64,000 nt of DNA from Eledone cirrhosa (Eukaryota). The notes beneath the pieces were generated by a model. That model saw only the letters and a program-made list of their open reading frames with translations, searched no databases and was not told where the DNA came from. The translations under genes were made by a program, and so were the position numbers. The stretch is taken from positions 59,582,001 to 59,646,000 of the forward strand of contig OZ024746.1 of the NCBI GenBank assembly GCA_964016885.1, written 5' to 3'. Every line of letters begins with the position of its first letter. The stretch's first letter is position 1. Of this stretch, positions 55,158 through 64,000 are shown one piece after another.

Positions 55158-55222
<65 letters not shown>

Positions 55223-55341
55223 ATATGATTCCAGTTCCTCAGAGAAATAACAACACAACCAGGAGCTGGACATATCGATGTATTGACGGAGTAAAACACA
55301 CATCAACAACATGTGTACCTGTCTTTCCCACACCAATTCGA

Positions 55342-55396
55342 ACTGCCTGAAGAGGTCACAGCCAATGACGGCTGTCACCGAAATATATATAGCAGT
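55342..55396 (+). ncRNA. Type I hammerhead ribozyme, canonical
   Basis: actgc-CTGAAGA-GGTcACAGCC-aatgac-GGCTGTcACC-GAAA-tatata-TA-gcagt. Confidence 0.88.
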
Positions 55397-55752
55397 ATAT
55401 CTATAATTTATAATAAACGAAGCCAAATTTTACATATTTGAGTTAATTATTTTACATTACTCCGGAGTAAACAAACCAACCTGCGTACTTCGTCGAGTGC
55501 TCCAATCTGCATACTGAGGTGTCGGTAAACAACCAACATATACTCAAAATATATATACTGTGTATATACTATTTGATAGCTGTTGACATTCCTGACTTCA
55601 TTCGCCCTTTGACAAGCTTTGCTATATAGTCTGCAGATATAGTTCTCAATAGTCGGGTATGGTGGTTTGACGGTGTAGTCGTCGATGACCCGATCAAACC
55701 ACAGGTTATACTGGGTTACATAATATATGTAGCTCTCACTAACAAGCTAATG

Positions 55753-55798
<46 letters not shown>

Positions 55799-55807
55799 TA
55801 CATATAT

Positions 55808-56441
55808 AACTTTTCCATTGGAAGTCCCTAGGGATCTCCAATCTTTTGTGAAGTGAAACCGATCGGTAAAAGCAATTGGAATAGGTAAATATTTAAATTA
55901 TATTTTTTAATTTATTTAAAAAAATTGTTTGAATCTTGCTTGCTCCGCTTATCTCAATATTATAGTTCTGGTAAGTCAAATTGATACCATAGAACAACCC
56001 TTATATCATAGACGCCCTATATATTTCCAGGGGTACTTAGTACCTGTGGGGATATTAACTTCTTTTAATATTCTCCGTTATGTAGAGAACAAATCTGTTC
56101 TATTTAGCTGCTATTTTTAGTGGTGAGGTAGACAACACGTCTATGTTTACTTCCGCTTCTACTTCGGACTGGTTCATGCATAGGTCAAATTTTCGGCCCC
56201 ATTCGATCCTGTGCTAGCTGGCAGATGGCAATATATTTTGCCGTTCCTGGGACTTTTAGTCCTAGGAAAGGAAAATGCTTTCTGATGATCTAAACTTTTC
56301 CATTGGAGGTCCCTAGGGATCTCCAATCTTTTGTGAAGTGAAACCGATCGGTAAAAGCAATTGGAATAGGTAAATATTTAAATTATATTTTTTAATTTAT
56401 TTTAAAAAATTGTTTGAATCTTGCTTACTCCGCTTATCTCA

Positions 56442-56445
<4 letters not shown>
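55808..56445 (+). mobile_element. Non-coding hammerhead retroelement (retrozyme-like), 485 bp unit, 1.3 copies
   Basis: 153 bp direct repeats at 55808-55960 and 56293-56445 (3 mismatches); hammerhead; (TA)n flanks. Confidence 0.8.
56276..56359 (+). ncRNA. Type I hammerhead ribozyme with extended stem II
   Basis: tgcttt-CTGATGA-..ATTGGAGGTCCC-ta-GGGATCTCCAAT..-GAAA-ccgatcgg-TA-aaagca. Confidence 0.82.
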
Positions 56446-56524
<79 letters not shown>

Positions 56525-56869
56525 CATATGTATGAAGATACATATATACGTATAGGCAAACATACAGGCATAAACAGAAGCATCACGTTGCCTGAATACA
56601 CATACTTATACACAACACTCACACACATACATACACACAGACACACACACACACAAACAAACAAACAAACACACACACACACACACACATGCACAGACAG
56701 TTCTAAATGGCCACCAGATGTCAGTTATTACCACTGACAGATCAAAAATATCTCCAATTGTCTGCAATTGTCAGCTTCTATTTCTTAAATCCGTCTCAAG
56801 TATTAGTGGCTTGTTTTGGGGGTTTTTTTCTTATCTTATGTATTTGGTTGGTATCTTTGGAATTTTTCG

Positions 56870-56901
56870 CCATCATGATCGCTATCATCACCATCAGCAA
56901 T

Positions 56902-56943
<42 letters not shown>

Positions 56944-57011
56944 TTCGTCGTCGTCGTCGTCGTCCTCATTATCATTATCCCCATCATCAAATTCATCATC
57001 CCCATCATCAC

Positions 57012-57049
<38 letters not shown>

Positions 57050-57089
57050 CCAGCATCACCACCATCATCATCATCATCATCTTCACCAT

Positions 57090-57121
<32 letters not shown>

Positions 57122-57125
57122 CCAT

Positions 57126-57160
<35 letters not shown>

Positions 57161-57460
57161 TCACCCCCACCACCACCAACACCACTATCATCATCATCAT
57201 CATCATCATCATGATCATCCACAAAATCATTAACAACCTTGTTTCAATCATCTTTATCATCGTTATCTTGATTATCATCTTCCTCATCATCATCATCATC
57301 ATCATCATCACCAACACCATCATCAGCAGCATCTCCATCATCATAAACATCATCATCGCCATCAGTCATTTCATCACCATCATGACCATTATCAGCATTA
57401 ATATCATCATCATCATCATTTCCATCATTATCATCATCATCATTATCTTCATCATTAGTA
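56870..57460. repeat. (CAT/CAC)n array
   Basis: Directly visible. Confidence 0.9.
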
Positions 57461-57466
57461 TTATCA

Positions 57467-58105
57467 ATTGGCAGTGTCGGTAGAGGGTCGAACGCCATGC
57501 TTTCTACCATAGAGTTATGGCCCTTTACGGTCTAAGTTCAAATCCCGCCGAGGATAACTTTGCCTTTCATCCTTACGAGGTCGATAACATAAAGCACCAG
57601 TAATACACTGGGGTCGATTTAATCGACTTTCCCCTCCCCTTCAAATTACTGGCCTTGAGCCTATACTAGAAATCGTTATTATTATTATAGGGACGGTGGA
57701 TTGGCAGTATCGGTAGAGGGTCGGACGCCATGCTTTGACGCATAGAGTTACGGCCCTTGCCATTCTGAGTTCAAATCCCGACGAGGTTAACTTTGCCTTT
57801 CATCCTTACGGGGTCGATAAAATAAAGTACCAGTAATGCACTAGTTAATTGCTGGCCTTGTGCCAAAAGTAGAAACAATTATTATTATTACATTGGCAGT
57901 ATCGGTAGAGAGTCGGACACCATGCTTTGAAGCATAGAGTTACGTCCCTTTATGATCTGAGTTCAAATCCCGCCGAGGTTAACTTTGCCTTTCATCCTTA
58001 CGGGGTCGATAAAATAAAGTACCAGTAATGTACTGGGTAATTGCTGGCCTTGTGCCTAAAAATAGAAATAACAATTATTATTATTATAAGGTGGTGGATT
58101 GGCAG
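57467..58105 (+). mobile_element. Three tandem SINE family A copies plus a stub
   Basis: Consensus match; each copy follows the (ATT)n tail of the previous one. Confidence 0.9.
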
Positions 58106-58790
58106 AAACAATTATTATTATTCATTTTTATTCTCTTTCTTGTTTTAGTTATTGCTTCTGTATCTGTTTCCACCTATCAATTACCACTCCCAAAGTATTG
58201 GTGAACCCCACGTTATAAAAGACAGAAGGCTCAAGTGCTGTGCTGTGAGTTGGAAGAGGGAAACACATGGTTGTTAAATGAACCATACAGCCATACTTGA
58301 GAAAAATAAAAGTAGGCAGGCACATAAGCATGAAATGGAACCCGCAACTTTTGGGTGCTGGGCAAGTCCATAAACCATGACGCTAAGAGACCCGTGGCTA
58401 CTAATTGCTGCCCTTTATGACGATTGGCCTTTGTGGAGAGAGATATCACATGTTAATGCGCAGTCTGCAACTGGCAAAGTTTAGCGTCACAACAGATGAG
58501 ATATATTTAAAGCCATTAACCCTTCAACAGGGATACTTTACCCGATTTTCTCAACTATTATTTATAGTGAGTAACTATTATTTTAATCATTTACGTAGGG
58601 AGGACTACATTTCAAATTTCTACAATGTTTCTTAAGTCATCTGGATATTCCCACTTCTAGCTACAGGTTTTAAATCTTCTTTAAAAAACACGGCAATTAG
58701 TAGCCAGGACCCACCTATTGTAATGGTTTATACACTCACCCGGCATCCGAGCGGTGCAGGTTTCAACAATTATCTCTAGTTATCCGGGTT

Positions 58791-58991
58791 AAATCGGGGG
58801 TAACCACTGTAAATAAGGTACTCAATGCATAACAGAGTATAAATGTTAAATATAGAAATGGGTTCTACAAGACTAGAACTGTTTCATTCGAAGGAAATCA
58901 TCAGAAGCCATTTCTATATTAAACATGTATACTCTGTTATGTATTGAGTACCTTACTTAAAGTGGTTACCCCCCCAATTGAACCCGGGATA
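58791..58991. mobile_element. Fold-back element (~72-84 bp arms) with a central degenerate hammerhead (58871-58909, minus)
   Basis: Arms 58791-58862/58908-58991. Minus strand: ggctt-CTGATGA-tTTC-cttc-GAAt-GAAA-cagt-TC-tagtc. Confidence 0.65.
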
Positions 58992-59047
58992 CATACACAC
59001 ATACACACATTGCATTGCTTTATTGTGCTACAATAAAACTCACCTCC

Positions 59048-59098
<51 letters not shown>

Positions 59099-59146
59099 GT
59101 ATATATATATATGTATATATATACAAATATATAAATATATATATAC

Positions 59147-59184
<38 letters not shown>

Positions 59185-59232
59185 GTATATATATATATGT
59201 ATATATATACAAATATATAAATATATATATAC

Positions 59233-59294
<62 letters not shown>

Positions 59295-59331
59295 GTATAT
59301 ATATACATATATATATATACATATAAATATA

Positions 59332-59371
<40 letters not shown>

Positions 59372-59503
59372 GGAGGTGAGTTTTATTGTAGCACAATAAA
59401 GCAATGCAATGTGTGTATGTGTGTATAAAGCAATTGAACCCGGGATACATACACACATACACACATTGCATTGCTTTATTGTGCTACAATAAAACTCACC
59501 TCC

Positions 59504-59554
<51 letters not shown>

Positions 59555-59634
59555 GTATATATATATATGTATATATATACATATATATATAAATATATAT
59601 ATACATATACATATATATATAAATATATATATAC

Positions 59635-59933
<299 letters not shown>

Positions 59934-59975
59934 TATAAATATATATATACATATATATATATGTATGTATACATA

Positions 59976-60055
<80 letters not shown>

Positions 60056-60088
60056 AAAGAATAGAGGTGTAACACACAAGTTATTATA

Positions 60089-60668
60089 TATTGGTAAACG
60101 GAATAGAAAATGCTGACAAATTGTTCACAGTTGAAAAATGGTTTAATTAGGAATAAAAGAGTATTAGTGATTGTATGGGTTAGTATTCAGTTGTGGTTTT
60201 AAGTTTTTAAGTTTTTACCGGTTGCGCATTTCTAAATGCTTTTCAAAAATAATTTTGAGATAGAGTGTCCGTGCTGTTTGCTCTGATCTGATTAGTTTTG
60301 GGAATTCTACCTGTTTTTATGTTAAAAAAGTGGCTCCAGCGTTATTTTTGTGTTGCAAAAATGCTTGTGGTCAAAACAATTTTGATTGGTCGGTAGAGGT
60401 CATGTGAATGTAAAAAGTTGATTTTGCGCCAAGACTGTTTTTATGTTAAAAAAGTGGCTCCAGCAAAAATTCTTGGTCAAAGCAATTTTGATTGGTCGGT
60501 AGAGGTCATGTGGATAAAAAATCGGTTTTGCGCCATGATTGAGAAATGACTCTTTCACAACAAATATGTGTGTGTGTGTATGTGTGTGTGTGTGTGTAGT
60601 AGTAGTAGTAAGGTGTTCGATGCTGCGACAATGGCCGGCAGCGATGTGTGTGTAATGGCTATTAAGAT

Positions 60669-60705
<37 letters not shown>

Positions 60706-61231
60706 GCAGAGTAATTCGATGGTCAATAAGAATGTGTCACACACACACACACACACATATTTGTTGTGAAAGAGTCATTTCTCAATCTTGGCGCAAAACC
60801 AATTTTTTATCCACATGACCTCTACCGACCAATCAAAATTGTTTTGACCAAGAATTTTTGCTGGAGCCACTTTTTTAACATAAAAACAGTCTTGGCGCAA
60901 AATCAACTTTTTACATTCACATGACCTCTACCGACCAATCAAAATTGTTTTGACCACAAGCATTTTTGCAACACAAAAATAACGCTGGAGCCACTTTTTT
61001 AACATAAAAACAGGTAGAATTCCCAAAACTAATCAGATCAGAGCAAACAGCACGGACACTCTATCTCAAAATTATTTTTGAAAAGCATTTAGAAATGCGC
61101 AACCGGTAAAAACTTAAAAACTTAAAACCACAACTGAATACTAACCCATACAATCACTCTTTTATTCCTAATATTAAACCATTTTTCAACTGTGAACAAT
61201 TTGTCAGCATTTTCTATTCCGTTTACCAATA
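60089..61231. mobile_element. Large fold-back element with ~490 bp inverted arms
   Basis: 60089-60579 is a near-perfect reverse complement of 60741-61231; each arm has an internal tandem duplication. Confidence 0.85.
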
Positions 61232-62229
61232 TATATATATATATATATATAAATATATATATATACATATACACATATATATATATATGTATACATATAT
61301 ATATATATCTATATCTATATATGTGTGTATGTGTGTGTGTGTGTGTGTGTGTGCATCATTGTACTTCTTCATTTCTCTTGCACTCTCGTTCCCTTTCTTC
61401 GTTATCTTAAATTGAAAAACGAAACAGAAGAAAAACAAAAAGAAAGATATTTTTCCCAACTAGCTTTTATTTATTTATTTTTTTATTTAAAAAAAAATAT
61501 AAATATAAATAGTGAAAGTGAACGAATATCTCTTCTAAGTGGATTGTTAAGAAAAAGTCAATGTGATTTAGTGATTGTTAGTGCTGAAGTTGAAGCTGGC
61601 TCAGAGCTAGTGTTGTCAGCTCGTTAACAACAAATGCCCAACGTTGCTCATTGATGCACTAATTTTAGGATGTTGGCGGCCATCTTAAATCTACCGACAT
61701 ACACACCACCCTTCAGTCATTATTGCAAATTCTCTTTTGTTTCGACGCCATTTCGTTCATTTCTTCACGTGGTTTTCTCCTTCTCCTCCTCTCTTGTTAT
61801 ACTTTCATCCTCACTTTCTCTATCTCTATATCTATCTATCTTTCTATATTTCTATCTATCTACTCCACATTTCTCTATCTGACTCTGTCTCGCTCCTCTT
61901 GCCTGCTAATCTAATAAATACAAGAATCGACACAAACATTCAGACATACATGCATGCGTATTTGTATGCATGTATATATATAGCTGCTAATCTAATAGCT
62001 ATATGGATACACTGATTCATACATACATACACACACACATAGATACACACATACATACATACATACATACATACATACATACATACATACATACATACAT
62101 ACATACATACATACATACATACATACATACATACATAATACATACATACATACATACATACATACATACATACATACATACATACATACATACATACATA
62201 AGTACATACATACATAAAAACATACATAC

Positions 62230-62672
62230 AAACATAAAAATAACTGCATCTCGGTTTCAAGAATTGCTATCCCTTGACCTTTTTCTCATACATGGGGTGT
62301 ATGAACATAATCTTTTATCTCTGCCAAGGATTTAGATTCTTCTCTGCATATGCTGCAGTGAAAGAAAAACCAAAAGGTAATGCTCACACAACACACGTGA
62401 AAGTCGTTTAGTCCAAGAGCTACCTGTGCTTGAAGCTGTTTTAAGTGAAGAACAGGCTTGCATTAGATAAATCCCATCCTTTGAACAACAGTGACTGGTA
62501 TACAAAAGGAAGGACAGTTCAACATTATTGGCTGTCCTCAAGTTGCAGGTTTTACATCGGAGTTTCTTCTTCTCCTAGTATGATGCCCTTACAGGAACTA
62601 AGGATCCCTCGCGCCCGGTAGGCTAGCCGCGCGCTCCAGCACCAAATACCACAAGTATTTCCATGTCCCTGC
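62230..62672 (-). mobile_element. Non-coding retroposon distantly related to 563-1165, with (TATG)n tail
   Basis: Minus strand CTAGGAGAAGAAGAAACTCCGATGTAAAACCTGCAAC..CCAATAATGTTGA aligns with 792-851. Confidence 0.55.
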
Positions 62673-62741
62673 GCATACATACATGCACATATACACATTC
62701 ACACACAAACACACAAGCATACATACATACGTACATACATA

Positions 62742-63065
62742 CATGGTGGCTGCCAACTCGTTTTCGAGTACGGCCACTACTTTATATCCATGTAGGAGAA
62801 CCCCTACCGATGCGCTGAACGAGTGTGACTTTTTAGTCCAGCCAGCAACTTGAAAACTCTGGTACAAACACTACACTTGTGACAATTATTGACACATGGT
62901 GCTGGGCCCATGGTACCATGTGACGACAAGTGCAGAGAGATCTCCAGATATAAAGCAATGCCTGTGCCGTGAAGCTTTTATAGTGAGCAAAGGCACTGCA
63001 CAAAGCCAGTCCCACTCTCTTAACCAAGATGATATTTACCAAAAAGAAGAACAAGTCAACATCAT
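62742..63065 (-). mobile_element. 5'-truncated copy of the 563-1165 retroposon
   Basis: Near-identical reverse complement of 842-1165; embedded in (TACA)n. Confidence 0.85.
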
Positions 63066-63083
63066 ATATACATACATACATAT

Positions 63084-64000
63084 TTGATCCTTAGAGGTGA
63101 GACGGAGCAAGTTAAAACTGATAAGATACATTACCAGAAGGGCATCTTTCAGGGTGATAGCTTGTCAGTGCTACTCTTCGTTCTCTCACTAAATCCACTA
63201 TCTTACCTACTCAGGAAACAAGGTGGACAAAAAGGTGGGTCCAGAAGTATCTCCCATCTTTTCTTTGTTGATGACCTGAAGTTGTATGGGCCAAATATCA
63301 ATGACATCAAGAAACAATTGGACCTCATTACACAATTTTCAACAGACATCAAAATGAAATTTGGTGAGTCCAAGTGTGCATATTTGGCAGTAAAACGTGG
63401 AAGAGCTGTGCCCTCCTCTAGAAATCTAGAGATGAACGGCCTGACAATACAACCTCTACAGTCAGGTGACAAGTACAGATATCTTGGATAGGATGAGAAT
63501 GTCAGATATGATGGACCCATAAATAAGGAGAGCACCAGAACTGAATACCTCAGAAGAGTAAAGAAAATATGGTCATCAGAACTGTCAGCGTACAACAAAT
63601 ACATTGCCCGCAATACTTATGCTGTGCCAATTCTAACGCCAACATTTGGCCTACTGAACTGGTCATTGCAAGAACTAAGTGAGATGGATGTTAGAACTCG
63701 CAAACTTCTCAGTGTTACTGGGAACTTTAACATCAATGGTGATGTGGGTAGGCTATACTTCTCACGCAAGGAAGGTGGCCGGGGTCTAAAATCCATATTA
63801 ACAACATATGAGACCCGGATAGTGACACTGAAGCAACACCTTCAACAGAGGAAAAAGGTTGGCAACCATCTTGCCCAGGTTTATGAGCATGAAAAAAAAA
63901 TATCATTAGAATAGCCACTGATCTGGAGGAGAGATATGGAATAAAGCCTGATATAAATCTCTCACCCAGAGAAATCGGAAGATCCTATTCAATGTTCAAA
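63084..64000 (+). pseudogene. R4/Dong-like non-LTR reverse transcriptase (5'-truncated, internal stop, runs off the window)
   Basis: KGIFQGDSLSVLLFVLSLNPLS, ISHLFFVDDLKLY, DIKMKFGESKC, YRYLG*, NTYAVPILT, RLYFSRKEGGRGL. Confidence 0.88.

Overview
AT-rich eukaryotic non-genic (intergenic or intronic) DNA dominated by microsatellites ((TA)n, (CA)n, (TACA)n, (TGGTG)n, trinucleotide arrays), tRNA-derived SINEs, LINE fragments (RTE, L1/Tx1, CR1, CRE-like, R4/Dong-like), mariner/MITE relics and two Penelope-like elements (PLEs) with GIY-YIG endonuclease. The repeat make-up suggests an octopod cephalopod, which is an inference. No host protein-coding exon can be supported, and almost all listed ORFs are microsatellite artefacts. 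The main hidden signal is about 15 minimal type I hammerhead ribozyme motifs (stem I - CUGANGA - stem II - GAAA - short, usually palindromic stem III - UH - stem I'), from about 10 unrelated sequence families. They sit in PLE pseudo-LTRs, in short fold-back elements, and in three non-coding, terminally redundant 466-521 bp units that look like genomic copies of circular ribozyme RNAs (retrozyme-like) with short intron-like segments. Most of these elements are inserted in (TA)n tracts. Motifs were found and folded by eye; activity and novelty are untested.
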